A stretch of DNA of 64,000 bases from the human T2T-CHM13v2.0 reference genome, Homo sapiens (GCF_009914755.1 NC_060927.1); one strand, 5' to 3'; numbered from the stretch's first letter, positions 37,576 through 52,545 are shown. The notes: a model not told the origin generated them from the letters alone. Translations and numbers: made by a program.

Positions 37576-39253
37576 AATATATATATACACACATACATAC
37601 ATACACATGAACTTTAAAATGATATTCAGGAGAAATATATTGCTGTATTATAATAAAAACTAATCAATTTATTTGCTAAGTTATTCCAAAGCATCAAATC
37701 TGAAAGGCTGCTAAATAGTATCTCTGTGCTTTTTGTATAGTACTGAATGTACTGCTGTTCTGTAACCATTTCAGAGGCGCAGGACACTATAGGTAACAGA
37801 TACATCAGGATGGAAGGGAAAAGGAAGAGAGTGGTAAGAGAGAAAGTTAGATTTAACAGAGATTAAAAAAACTATTTTTCATAGCAAGAAGATTGAACAC
37901 ACATCAGGCAGGATCCACATTGAGGTGGAGCCTCTGGACTCCCACAGTCAGAAGATCTAAGTTCCCGCTCTAGCTTTCCAGTATACTAGTTTGATACCAT
38001 GGGTAACTTACCTAACTATTCAAAGCTTCAATTGACTCATCTCTCTTTTTAACAGGATAAATAATTACTGCCTTATTATCTTATCTGTGAAAGTATTTTA
38101 CAAATTGCAAAGTGCTACATGAATATCATATGTTATTATCGTGTTCAATTCTAATTGTCCAATAGTTATTTGGTAGAAGAAGATAGTCTAAGCCAAAAAA
38201 ATTCTTAAGCTTTAACAGATTATGAAATGTATGAGTATTGAAAGTTTCTCTATCAATTGGGTTTTAGGGCTAAACCGAACCTTTCATTACAAACTTAATT
38301 TGTCTTTTAGTGAACTACCTGTATCCTTATTATTGTTATTAAGAACTTCTGACCATACAGCATACAGCGGGCACTGACTGAGGCAGAGCTGAACTATTTG
38401 TAGATCATTGTTTTTCATTTCTTCTTCTTAAAACTTCGAAATGAAAATTAAAGTAAATTCCAAAAGACAATGCAAAGGTGAAAAGTCTGGGTCAGTAAAA
38501 ACTAACAAAAAGTGAATGTCTATAATGTCTGGTAATGAAATGAAGTGATTCAGAGAAAGTATAAAACAATGTTTGAAAAAAATAACTATCTACCCATAGG
38601 GAAAGAAAAAATAAATCTCAATGCCTTCTTCATACTATACACAAAAAATGATTTGAAATATTAGGGCTAATACTATGAAGTTTCTAAAATAAAACATAGA
38701 AGAATATCTACATCACTTGAGGATAGACAAAGATTTTATAGGCAGTACACAGAAAGCAACAATTATGAAAGAAAAAAACAATAAATTAGAATTCATCAAA
38801 ACTAAAAAGTGTCTGATTATCAAAAGATACTGTTAATAAAAATGAGTAGGCAAACCACATATCTGGCAGAAAATATTCCAAATACATATATCTGCCAAAG
38901 AACTGGTATTTAGGGCACTGAAATAATTCCTACAACTCCCTAACAAAAAAACAAACAACCTAATTTTTACAATAGGTAAAAGGCTGGAATATACACTTCA
39001 CAAAGGAAGAGATAAAAATAGCCAATGAGTATGTGAAAAACTGTTCACCATCATTCATTTTTCAGAGAAATTCAAATTAAAGTATCCACACACAAACCAA
39101 GAATGACTGAAATTTTTACATGGACAACACCAAAATTTGGCAAAAATGCAGAGCAACCAAAAGCCTCATTTTTGGTAGGAATGTATAATAGTATAACCAC
39201 TTTGAAATAAATGTTAATTGTTTCTTATATAACAAAATATACACCAATCCTAT

Positions 39254-41592
39254 TGTATTAGTCCATTCTCATGCTGCTATGAAGAAATGCCCAAGACTGG
39301 GTACTTTATAAAGGAAAGAGATTTAACTGACTCACAGTTCCACATGGGTGGGGAGGCCTCAGGAAACTTACAATCATGGTGGAAGGGAAGCAAACACATC
39401 CTTCTTCACATGGCAACAGGAGAAAGAAATGTTGAGTGAAGTGGGGGAAAGCCCCTTAAAAAGCTATCAGATCATGTGAGAACTTGCTCATTATCATGAA
39501 AACAGCATGGGGGAACAACTCCCATAATCTAATCATCTCCCACAGGGTCCTGCCTCCAACACATAAGGATTACAATTCGGATTAAAATTCAAGATGAGAT
39601 TTTGGGTGGGGATACAGGCAAACTGTATCATTCTGCCCCGGCCCCTCCCAAATCTCATGTCCTCACATTTCAAAACACAACCATGCCTTTCCAACAGTCT
39701 CCCAAAGTCTTAACTCATTCCAGCATTAACCAAAAGTCCAAGTCCAAAGTCTCATCTGAGACAAGGCAAGTCCCTTCCACCTATGAGCCTGTAAAATCAA
39801 AAGCAAGTTAGTTACTTCCTAGATACAACGGAGGTACAGACTTTGGGTAAATACACCTGTTGCAAATGGGAGAAATTGGCCAAAATTGGCCAAAATTAAG
39901 TGAAATCTTAAAGCTCCAAAATGATCTCTTCTGACTCCATGTCTCACATCCATGTCACACTGATGTAAGAGGTGGACTCCCACAGTCTTGGGCAGCTCCA
40001 CTGCTGTGGCTTTGCAGGGTACAGCCCGCCTCCCAGCTGCCTTCACAGTGTGGCATTGAGTGTCTCTGGCTTTTTCAGGTGCATGGTGCAAGTTGTTGGT
40101 TGATCCACCATTCTGGGGTCTGGAGGACAGTGACCCTCTTCTCACAGCTCCACTAGTCAGTGCCCCAGTGGGGACTCTGTGTGGGGGCCCCAACCCCACA
40201 TTTCCCTTCCACACTGCCCTAGCAGATGTTCCCCATGAGGGCTCCACCCCTGCAAAAAACTTCTGCCTGGACATCCAGACATTTCACTACATCCTCTGAA
40301 ATTTAGGTGAAGGTTCTCATACCTCAATTCTTGACTTCTGTGCACCTGCAGGCCCAACACCACATGTAAGCTGCCAAGGCCTGGGGCTTGCACCCTCTGA
40401 AGCAACAGCTTGAGCATTATGTTGGCCCCTTTTAGCCATGGCTGGCACACAGGGCACCAACTCCAGAAACTGCATAAAGCAGCAAGGCCCTGGGCCTGGC
40501 CATTTTTTCTTTCTAGGCCTCTGGGCCTGTTATGAGAGGGGCTGCTGTGAAGACCTCTGACATGCCCTGAAGACATTTTCCCCATTGTCTTGGTGATTAA
40601 CATTTGGCTTATTACTACTTATGCAAATTTCTGCAACCAGCTTGAATTTCTTCTCAGAAAATGGGTTTTCTTTTCTATCACATTGTCAGGCTGCAAATTT
40701 TCTAAACTTTTATGCTGTGCTTCCCTTTTAAACATAACTTTCAATTCCAAACCATATCCTTGTGAATATATAAATCTGAACACTTTTAACAGCACCCAAG
40801 TCACCTCTTGAATGCTTTGCAGCTTAGAAATTTCTTCCATCAGATACCCTAAATCATCTCTCTCAAGTTCAAAATTCCACAGATCTCTAGGGCAGGGACA
40901 AAATGCCACCAGTCTGTTTGCTAAGACATAGTGAGTCACCTTTATTCCAGTTCCCACAAGATCCTCATCTCCATCTGAGACCTCCTCAGCCTGGACTTCA
41001 TTGTCCATATCACTATCAGCATTTTGGTCAAAAACATTCAACAAGTATCTAGGAAGTTCTGAACTTTCCCACATCTTCCTGTCTTCTTCGGGGCCCTCCA
41101 AACCTTTCCAACCTCTGCCTGTTACCCAGTTCCAAAGTTGCTTCCACATTTTTGGGTATCTTTACAGCAATGCCCTACTCCTTGGTACCAATTTGCTGTA
41201 TTAGTCCATTCTCATGCTGCTGTGGAGAAATATCCAAGACTGAAGAGTTTATAAAGGAAAGAGATTTAAATTATTCACAGTTCTGCATGGCTGGGGAGGC
41301 CTCAGGAAACTTACAATCATGGTGGAAGGGGGAGCAAACACATCCTTCTTCACATGGCATCGGGATAGAGAAGTGCTCTCTCTCAAGTTCAAAATTCCAC
41401 AAAATTCCACTTAAACGTGGGAAAGCCCCTTATTAAGCCACAGATCTCATGAGAACTTGCTCACTATCATAAGAACAGCATGGGGGAACCACCCCCCATG
41501 ATCTAATCTCCCCCCATGAGGTCCCACACCCGACATATGGGGATTATAACTCAGGATGAAATTTTGGGTGGGGACACAGCCAAACCATATCA
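39254..41592 (-). mobile_element. Complete THE1 (THE1D-like) MaLR element: 3' LTR 39254-39630, internal 39631-41196, 5' LTR 41197-41592; same sense as IMPG2
   Basis: Two direct LTRs with TG...CA termini and TSD CCTAT at 39249-39253 and 41593-41597. MaLR internal ORF remnants (GRGWKGLEGPEEDRKMWES). Confidence 0.94.
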
Positions 41593-42182
41593 CCTATGAC
41601 CCAGCAATTTCCTCCTAGGTATTCCTGTAAGCATATATCCACAGAAAGATTTATGTTCAATGCCAGAGCAACTTTATTCATAATAACTTAAAAATGAAAA
41701 CAACCCAAGTATCCATCAATAGAAAAATAAACAAATGGCCATATAATGGAATCAAAAGGAAATTACTAATTCATGCAACAACATGGATGAATCTCAATGG
41801 GCTGAGTGAAAGAAGCATTACACAAAAGAGCACATACTATTCTATTTATATAAAGTCCTAGGAAAGTGAAAATAATCTATGAGTTTAAAAATGGTTCAAA
41901 GAGTGGTCACATACTAGAATGGGAAGTATCTGGGAAGGAGTATAAGAGAACTTTCTGGGGTGATAATACCCTAAAACTTAAGAGAGGTTGGGGTTAATGT
42001 GTATTAGTCAAAAGTCACCAAGTAGTACATATAAGATTTATGCATTTCACTCTGTAAATTTCACCTTTAAGAAAGTAAACAAATATTGAGCTCTAGTTAA
42101 TGATACTCATACTGAAATATCTAGAGGGAATTGCACTGATGTCTTCAACTTATGAAATACATTTAAAGGATTAGATGGTTAA

Positions 42183-42474
42183 GCTAGGCATGGTGGCTCA
42201 CACCTGCAATCCCAGCACTTTGGGAGGCCAAAGTAGGCAGATCACTCGAGCCCAGGAGTTCAAGATTAGCCTGGGCAACGATATCTTGTCTCTATGAAAA
42301 TTACAAAGAAATTAGCTGGGCATGGTGGCACGTGCCTATAGTTCCAGCTACTCCGGAGGCTGAGGTGGGAGGATCATCTGAACCCAGGGAGATCGAGTAC
42401 GCAGTGAGGTGTAATCACACCACTGCACTTCAGCCTGGGTGACAAAGTGAGACCCTGTCTCAAAAAAAAAAAAA
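42183..42474 (+). mobile_element. AluJ
   Basis: Diverged Alu. TSD agatggtta at 42173-42181 and 42475-42483. Confidence 0.9.
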
Positions 42475-43104
42475 AGATGGTTACAGAGATAGACACATAA
42501 TAAAGCAAACATAATAAAATGTTAACTGTAGAACTAAGCTGTGAGAATATGAGTGTTTACGACATCATTCTTTCACTTTTCTGTTTAAAATGTTTTCATA
42601 AAATCTTAGAAAAACATTATTGTGTGCCGAAGAAATGTAGTTGGAAGGAATATGGGAGAGCTTCCAGAAGTGATATAAATCACCAGGCTTCATAGCAGAC
42701 CTCCCCTTGACCTCACTCCTAGCTTCACAGAATAGCACAAGCTGTCTCCTATAAATTATGCTTTGGGCAATGTTTCCCCACCTCCTATAAAAAGCTCTCT
42801 CAGTAGTTCAATGCTTTGTCTAAAATACTCCATAGAAATTCATTCTTTTAAGTTACATTTAACCCTTTTATACCTTGTAGTCTATTCAAATTCAATTGCC
42901 AGAGTCCCATTTCCAGCATGAAGAGTGAGGGGCTACACAGATCCACCCCCAAGAGAAATGGGCAAAAATCATTTTGAAAACAATCATTTAAAGCTCTGGA
43001 AATGGTCCTAGGGGCACATGACTAATGAAGAAACATTTGCTTAGGAAAATCTACTACAACTAGGTAAAAAAAAAAAAAAAGTGAAAATCAGTGGTTCTAA
43101 CCAG

Positions 43105-45015
43105 GGCAATTGGGCAAGAAAAGGAAATAAAAGGCAGCCAAATTGGAAAAGATGTAAAACTACATCTGTCTACAGATGACATGAGCTTGTATCTAGGAAA
43201 GCCTAACCTAAGGAATCCACTTTAAAACTATTTGAACTAATAAACAAGTTCAGCAGGGTTGCAGGATATAAAACTGATATACAAAAATCAGTTGTATGCC
43301 TGTATGATAGCAATGAACAATCAAAAAATGAACATAAGAAAACAAGTATGTATGCAAAAGCATCAAAAAGATTAAAATGCTTAGGAATAAACCTAAGTCT
43401 CCCAAAATGCAAAACATACTCTGAGAACCAAAAAATTATTTTAAAAAATAAAGACCTAAATAAATGGAAAAACGTCCCATATTTATAGACTGGAACATTT
43501 AACACTGTTGAGATGGCATTATCTCCAAACTGATTTACACATTCAATGCAATGTTATCAGAATACATGCTGACTTCTTTGTAGAAACTGACAACCTTACT
43601 ATAAAATTTATGTGGAATTGCAAGGGACCTAGAATAGCCAAAGTAATCTTTAAAAACAACAAAGATGGTGAATTCATGCCTAATTTCAAAACATACTAAA
43701 AGCAAAGACTACAGAACTGGCACATGAATAGACATATAAATCAATGGAATACAATTGAGAGTCCAGAAATAAATCATGTGTCATGGTCAAGTGATTTTCA
43801 GCAAGAGTGCTAATATCACTCAGTGGAAAAGAATAGCCTTTTCGACAAATGGTGCTTGGAGAACTGGATAGCCACATGCAAACTAATAAATTTAGATCCT
43901 TACATCATATACAAAAAAAAATCAACTCAAAATAGATGAAAAACTTAAACGTACACACCAAAACTATAAAACTCTTAGAAAGAAATACAGGAATAAATCT
44001 TTATGACCTCAGGTTCAGCAATGGATTCTTAGTTATGACACCAAAGGCTCAAAAAAATAGATAAATTGGACTTCATCAAAATAAAAAACTTTTGTGCATG
44101 AAAGATACCATCAAGAAAGTGAAAAACAACCTACAGAATGGGATAAAATATTTTCAAATCATTTATCTGATAAGGGATTTATAGCCAGAATAAATAAATT
44201 ACAGCTCAATAATAAAAAGACAAATAACATAATTTAAAAATGGGCAAAGTTCTGAACAGACATTTTCAAAGGAAGATATACAAATGATAAATAAGCATAT
44301 GAAAAGTTGAACGTTATTAATCATTAGGGAAATGTAAATCAAAATCACAATGAGACATCATTTCAAACCTATAAGAATGGTTATACTTTTTTTAAAAAAA
44401 AGGAAAACATTGCTGGCAAAGATATGACTAAATCAGAACCCCCATACACTGCTGGTGGGATATAACACAGTACAATCACTTTGGAAATTAGTCTGGCAGT
44501 TCCTCATGTAGTTATAAAGTTACTATATGACCCAGAAATTCTACTCCTAGATAAATACCTAAGAGAAATGCAAACAACGTAAATGCCCATTGACTGACAA
44601 ATGTGATCTATCCATACACTAAAATATTATTGGACCATAAAAAGGAATAAAGTACTGATACATGTACAACATGGATGAACTTTGAAAATAATATGCAAAG
44701 TGAAAGAAGCCAGTCACAAAAGACCATATATTATACGATCTTATTTTATGATATATCCAGAATACACAATTCTGTAAAGACAGAAAGTAGATTAGCGTTT
44801 ACTTAGGCCTGGGAAGAGGGGGAAGGGAGATAAAAGGATAAAAGGATGATAGCTAAAGGGTCACATGTTTCTTTTTGAGGTGATAAAAATGTTCTTAAAC
44901 TGACTGTGGTGATTTGGTATATCTGTGAATATACTAAAAAGCCACTTAATTTTGTAGTATGAATGGGTAAATTGTATCAAACTTGAATTACATCCCAATA
45001 AAAGCTGTAAAAAAT
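43105..45015 (+). mobile_element. L1MB-like 3' fragment
   Basis: Degenerate ORF2 (FMWNCKGPRIAK) and a 3' end caataaaagctgtaaaaaa. Confidence 0.85.
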
Positions 45016-46169
45016 GCAATTCCCTCTGGAAAGGGAATGCATGCTTAATCCAATGGCTTTTCAATTAGGAGCTATCTGACAAGAAGGTTCAACTAACTAA
45101 CTTGGAATAACAGGATTCAGAATGGTTACATGTTCTGAAGCATTTGCACAGCTCAGAAAGGAGAAACCTAGATAGGACACTGTAGGCAGAAGAGAGAAGA
45201 GCAAAATCAGCATGACCTCCAGGCAAAGAGGTACTAAGGAAGGTAAAATTCCATCACTGATAAATACTGCATACTTCACTACTTGGCCTGTAACTAAACA
45301 GTTCAGAATTCCCATCCTTGTCAAATAAGGATATTATAGCCTTTGGTAACTTCTGAAGAGAGCTTTCTATTTTGAGAAGATGTACAAATGGGCTCTCTTC
45401 TAGCAGAAATAACCTGCCCTGGAAACTAGTGGTGGAAGGGAAAAATGTTATAATATTCTGAAGAAAATGCCAGCATTTAACCTGTCTTTAATCCTTCTAC
45501 TAGATCTCCAGCTGTGTCTTATCTAAAACTTAGGAATCCAGAAATCCAGCATGGAATTATCTTTTTTTAGTGTAATATATTTTCCTTTCAGAATTGTGGA
45601 GCCCAAAGCATATGGAATAGTCCATTTTGGTGCAATAAGGCAAGAAAAAGAAATATAAGGCATAGAAATTGTTAAGTAGTATAACCATATTTGTAGATGA
45701 AATAATTATCTATGTAGAAAGCCCTAAGGAATATACCCAAAAAAGCTACTAGAACTGGTAAGTGAGTTCAGCAAAGTTGCAGGATAAAAGGCCAATATAC
45801 AAAAATCAGTTGTATTTCTATATACTAGCAAGGAATAATCAGAAATTACATTTTTTAAAATATCACTAATAATAGATGAAAAAATGTGAAATCCTTATAA
45901 ATAAATCTGATAAAAGATATGCAAGATCCATACACTAAACATTGGTTATATGTTCCTTCCATTCAATCAATAACATTGTCATTTATTTGGGATCTACAGT
46001 GGCCCTAGAACTCTTAGCCAAATTCACTAAAACCTTTAAATATATTTTATATTATTATTATTCCCATTTCAAGGGTGAGGAAACTAAGATTTTAACAAAT
46101 TGAATAATATTCCTAAAAACAAACAGCCAATAAACTTGTATCTCAGACTCAGATTTGCATAGCCCTGTG

Positions 46170-46280
46170 GCTCAAATATTGCATGGGACATACGTACACT
46201 AAAAAGATTATTTGTTGTCTATTTGAAATTGAAATTTAACTGGGTGTCCTGCATTTTTATATGCTAAATCTGGTAACCAT
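46170..46280. mobile_element. MER53-like hAT fragment
   Basis: caaatattgcatgggacatac...gaaatttaactgggtgtcctg...gctaaatctggtaacc matches the recalled consensus. Confidence 0.7.
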
Positions 46281-46731
46281 ATATATCAGTCAAGTATGGG
46301 CTGTGGATGGCTTCACTCCTTAGGACTCTAAACTTGTATAGTAAGTTTTAAACAAATGAAACTATACCCAGCGTTTGGGTCCTGAAACCTTCCATGGGCT
46401 GTTTCCCACTCTGATTCATTGGAAAATGCCAACTCATTCTTCGAAATCCAGGTTAACTAACTTCTATCACCCCAGGCATGGATGGCCATTCCCACTTGTG
46501 TCCTTCCCACATATACACTTTGTACAAACCTTTACTATTGCACACTCTACAGTGTTTTAATTATTGTGGTTAATACTATACCTGGTAGAATCAGTATAAA
46601 TAAGATTTCATGTGTAAATTAACAAATGAATAAATGAATGAATAAAAATCAGAAAACATTCCTGAAAGAAACTGAAGATGACCTAAATAAATGGAGGGAT
46701 ATATCATGTTCATAGATCAGAAGACTCAATA

Positions 46732-47581
46732 TAGGTTGAACATCCCTAATCCAAAAATCCAAAATGCTCCAAAATATGAAACTTTTTGAGTGCCAGCATG
46801 ATACCACAAGTAGCAAATTCCACACCTGACCTCTTTTGATGGGTGACAGTCAAAATGCAGGCTCACTAGACAAGAGTACCCAAGGGAAAAAAGACTCTCC
46901 CAGCTCCCTTCAGCTGTGTTATATCTTTTCTGCCCATGTCCAGATTACTCCACCAAGCATACCTACAAGGGGTCATAAAATGGCACCCATGCAGACCAGA
47001 CACACGAACAACAGTAATAAATAAAGTATGTTGTACAATAACCTTTAATCGAAACACAGAATTGTAGAAAGAAACTAGAAGCCTGCCATTGTTTGTTGTT
47101 ACTGTTGTTTAACAGCTGAGGCAGGTATTCTGGTGATGCCACTGTTCTGTTTAGTACCCTGAACACATTCTTCTTCACTGTACTAACAGTATAGCATATT
47201 TTTTACTGTGAAGTACTGATATGTAAGTAAGTGTAAGAAAATGATTGTTTTTTTGTAGAATGTAAATTCAGAGTCAGGGACGATGATGATGCCAAACAAC
47301 TACAGACTGTCCACGTGGGTGCCTGAAATAGTGACACCTTTGCTTTCTGATGGTTAAATGTACAAAAACTTATTTCGTGCACAAAATTATCAAAAATATG
47401 GTATAAAATTACTTCAGATAAGTGTATAAGGTGTATACGAAACATAACTGAATTCTGTGTATAGATTTCAGTCTCATTCTCAAGATATCTCATGTCTATG
47501 CAAATATTCACAAATCCAGGAAAATCTGAAACCCACAACACTTCTGGTCCCAAGCATTTTGGATAAGAAATAGTCAATCTG
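46732..47581. mobile_element. Tigger4/Zombi deletion derivative inserted in an L1
   Basis: Ends aggttgaacatccctaatcc and ggataagaaatagtcaatctg flanked by TA. The host L1 reads aagactcaata|ttaagatggcaattctcc. Confidence 0.82.
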
Positions 47582-49795
47582 TATTAAGATGGCAATTCTC
47601 CCCAAACTGATCTATAGAATGAAACACAATCCAAATCAAAATTTCAGCAGCCCTTTTGTAAAAATTGGTAAGCTGATTCTAATATTTATATGGAATATAA
47701 AAGACTGCATAACCAAACAAATTTGAAAAAAAAACAGAGGTTGGAGGACTTGACTATCTGATTCAAGACCTATAATAAAGCTTACAGTAAATAAGACACT
47801 ATGGTATTGGCATAAAAATAGACAAATAAGTGGAACAGAATGAAGAGGGCAGAAATAGATCCACCATATATAAACACTGATTTTCAACAAAGGTGCAAAG
47901 CCAAGAAAGGATAATCTTTTTTTAACAAATGGTATTGGAACAATTAGCTATGCATATAAAAATATTAACTTTGATCCATATGTCATAATCAAAAATTAAA
48001 GAAGATTACAGTTTTAAGTCTAGAACCTAAAAACTGTAAAAATTCTACAGGAAAAGACTGAGAAAGAAAAAACTTTGTGATCTTGGGTTAGCAAACTAAG
48101 ATCAAAAACTAAAAGGATGCTCCCCCAAAAAGCCTGATAAATTTGACTTTATCAAATGTTAAAACTTCTGCTCCTTAAAATACATCATTAAGAAAATAGA
48201 AAAGGCAAGCTACAGATTGCAAGAAAAATGTATGCAAAATATATGTTTGACAAAGAACTTAAATTTAGAACACATTAAGAACTATTACAACTCAATAATA
48301 GACAAGCAACCCATTTTTTAATGGGCAAAATATTCAAATAGACTCCTCACTAAAAAAAGATATATAAATGACAGATAATTATGTAAAAAAAATGCTCAAA
48401 ATTGTTAGTCATAAGTGGTTAGGAAAATGCAAATTAATACCACAATAAGATATACATCCACTGGAATGGCTAAAGTTAAAAAAGACCAACTATACCAAGT
48501 GTTGAGAGGATGTGAAGAAAACGGAATCCTACTACACTGTTGGTGATACAGTCATATTGGAAAACTTGACAATTTACTGGAAAGTTAAACGTATACCTAT
48601 CACGTGACCCAGACGTTCCACTATTATTACTCAATAGAAATGAAAATATGTTCACAGAAAAACTTGTACCCAAATGACCATAATTTCTTTTCTTGTAATC
48701 AGTAATAACTAAAAACAACCCAAATATCCCATATTGTGGTATATCCGTAATATAGAATACTACCCAACAATAAAAGCTAACAAACTATTGATACACAAAA
48801 CACATGCATAAATTTCAAAATAATTACACTGAGTAAAAGAAACCAGACCAAAAAAAGAATATATACCAAAGAGTATATTCCATTTATATATAAAAGTATA
48901 GAAAATGCAAACTAATACATAGCGATAGAAAGCAAATTCATGGTTGCCTCAGTATTGGGGTAAGGAGAGGTAGTGAGGGAGGTGGTCATGAAGAAATGTT
49001 TAAGAGTGATTGATAGGTTTATTATCTTAACTATAATGATGGTTTCGAGGGTAAATTCGTCAAAACTAATGAAATGGTATACTTTAAATATATGCAGGCT
49101 GTATTTCATTAAAATATACCTCAATAAAGCTATATTTTAAAAAGTCCAACAACGAATATTTTTTTTAAAAAAGAGAGGGGCATCCTAGTATGCTGTTTAA
49201 TTTTACAAAACATTAGGTTAAATATAGTTGTGTCTTGCTTAGAAACACTTTTCAAATTTGTTACAACAACTAGCAATTGATACCAAATTCTCTATGAAGG
49301 AAAAATTGAGCAAACCATTAGACTGAATTAGCTTGGTAGAAAGAGCTAAGATCCTTAATTGGATATTGAATAACTCCCTCCCTCTAAATTGCAAACATTT
49401 GGTGTTAAGGGCATAATACAAATTATCTCTTCAAAATCAAGCAAGACCTATGTTAAAATACTCATTTCTGTCAATTTTTAAAAACAAATGAAATATTTAT
49501 TCTTTACCATGACCATAACAGCTATCTCAGCTATAATCTTGATGTGGTGTGCCAACCATCTTAGCTGTATGAGATCCCTTTTCAAGGATCCTATTCATAG
49601 CATCTGTATTTTAAAATCAATTATTCTAGGAATGCTTTATGTTCATTTTTGTCAGCTTCTTTTTCAACAGTATCTCTTGAATTTATAAAAACAAGAGCAA
49701 AGCAATCAAAAGGTATGACCAAATCCCTTACATGATTGGTTATTTCCTCTTCACTATTTAATCAGTTCCCAAAATACCAAGATATTCTTATTTTA

Positions 49796-50107
<312 letters not shown>

Positions 50108-51398
50108 TTATTAACTGTCATTCTCATTCACCTTCAGTTCCTTTATTCTCTTCCCACTGTCTTTGGAATTTTCCATTTCTGGCATATGGCCTATACTCAA
50201 AATGCCAGGTCTGTGGATCTCCATTTAAAAAGTAAAAGGAAAGCTTATTGCATAGTAATATTTGATAGCTCCCAAATACAATCAAGAAATAGAAATACAC
50301 TCATAACAAAGAGCTGCCAATATACATTGTACTACTTTAACAAAAATATCAAATATATAAATATGTGTAATAGCTGGTATTATATTAAATTTTTATTGTG
50401 TTTTTAAAACTTTGATGAGAAGGGAAGAAGGGAAGGACAGGAAGAGGAAAAGAAGATAAAGTAGCAGCTCAGACAGAAGGTTCATATAATCCAGTGCCTG
50501 GAAAATTCGGGCTCAATAAACATTTGTTGAATGAATTAATGAATAAATGCATGAATTTAAAAGCCTCATTTTACAATCACTTCATCATCTAATTTCACCT
50601 TGTTTACTAACATCACATCCATATTATGGCTTTTTATTGGTTCTTGAGCAGTAAAAAGCAAAGTTTGGGAATCCTTCAAATGTCTAAGGGACATACTAAG
50701 GTCAATTAAGCAATTTAGTAAATATATGAGAAACAGAATTGACTTACATAAAAAGTATGAGATCAAGAATACTGTTTAAAGACAAAATAAAATGTGAGAG
50801 TTTGAGAAATGCCATCATTTTAGATGTGAAAATTTTATGTGTACCAACTAGAGAGCAACCTGTGTGAATCTGCAGAATATCTAAACTATAAAATATAGAA
50901 ACATTATATTTGTATATATAATAACTATTAATAAATAGGCAAGCAGGTGAGTATACTTTGGTAAAGCTATTTTGTGGGTATACTTAGGCATTTACTGTAA
51001 TGAAGAAGTAAAAATTAAAATTAATGTAGCCCAAAACATAAACTGGTATTTTTGAAGTGCTTAAAAAGATTTAAGACATTTCCTCTCTGAATATGTTGTT
51101 GAAATTAATGAAAGACATCTTATTGTGACTGCCCTCATGTGAAAAAAGTTTCTTACATAACGCACCAAAAGCTACAAACTCAAATCATGAAAGCGTTCTT
51201 CCTTTGGTTCAAAGTGCATGTCATTATTAAATGATATTATTGCCTTAACTGGAGGGCACTGGAAAAAAAACAAACCTCCTCTCTTAATGTAAACTGTTCT
51301 CTGAAGTTACCATTAACACTATATTCTTAACAGTAGAAAGGTAGTTTTGGCTCAGTCCTGTCTAAATTATCATAAATTTTGATTTACAATGTTACCTA

Positions 51399-51728
<330 letters not shown>

Positions 51729-52156
51729 TCAAGTCTTCGATAATGAAGATACAGTACAAAAGGTAACAACTAAAGAAAAACTGACACTTGGGCTACATTA
51801 AGATAGAGAAGCCAGTGCCCAAATCATAGGCAGGCATGCATATCTAAGGAAAAGAGGAGTGAGGCAGTCCATCTTTTTCCATTTAACTCCCACTCCTTTC
51901 ATTCAAGATTGTTATCAAAATCAAGTAAATACACATCCAATTTCAACAAAATAAATAAAAGTAAGGTTTAAACCAGAAATTACTAATGAGGGAAAACCAA
52001 AATTATTGGAGATATTTTAAAACGGTTTAAATGAAGCCATATCAAAGATTAATAAAGTATTTGATTCCATTTCTTACAGCAATCACATCAAATAATCCTA
52101 TTTTTGAAGAACATATACTACAGATATGGAAAGATACAAACAAATGTAGATTTTTA

Positions 52157-52450
<294 letters not shown>

Positions 52451-52454
52451 AAAT

Positions 52455-52545
52455 AACCAGCATGCTATAAAAGCTGGTGAGATAAGCTAATTAGAGCAGA
52501 TGGAGAGAGACAATTTCTTTATTCTAATCTACCTAAGCTCTTTAC
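52455..52545 (-). promoter_or_regulatory. IMPG2: IMPG2 proximal promoter: CRX/OTX-type, Q50-homeodomain and NeuroD-type motifs
   Basis: TAAGCT 52483-52488, palindromic CTAATTAG 52487-52494, CAGATGG 52497-52503, TAATCT 52525-52530, TAAGCT 52534-52539 and a TATA-like tract 52466-52473, all just upstream of exon 1 of a photoreceptor gene. Confidence 0.7.

Larger units (their letters stand above)
38570..42620 (+). mobile_element. Old L1M fragment hosting the THE1 element and an AluJ
   Basis: L1 ORF2 3'-like sequence resumes after the THE1 TSD (cctatgacccagcaatt). Edges approximate. Confidence 0.7.
45630..49142 (+). mobile_element. Fragmented old L1M (45630-45940, 46650-46731, 47582-49142)
   Basis: Collinear degenerate ORF2 and 3' UTR ending cctcaataaagct. 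Confidence 0.75.

Noticed and set aside
39819-41149. ORFs of 148-176 aa on the minus strand
   Set aside because: They are frameshifted remnants of the THE1/MaLR internal ORF, not a host gene.
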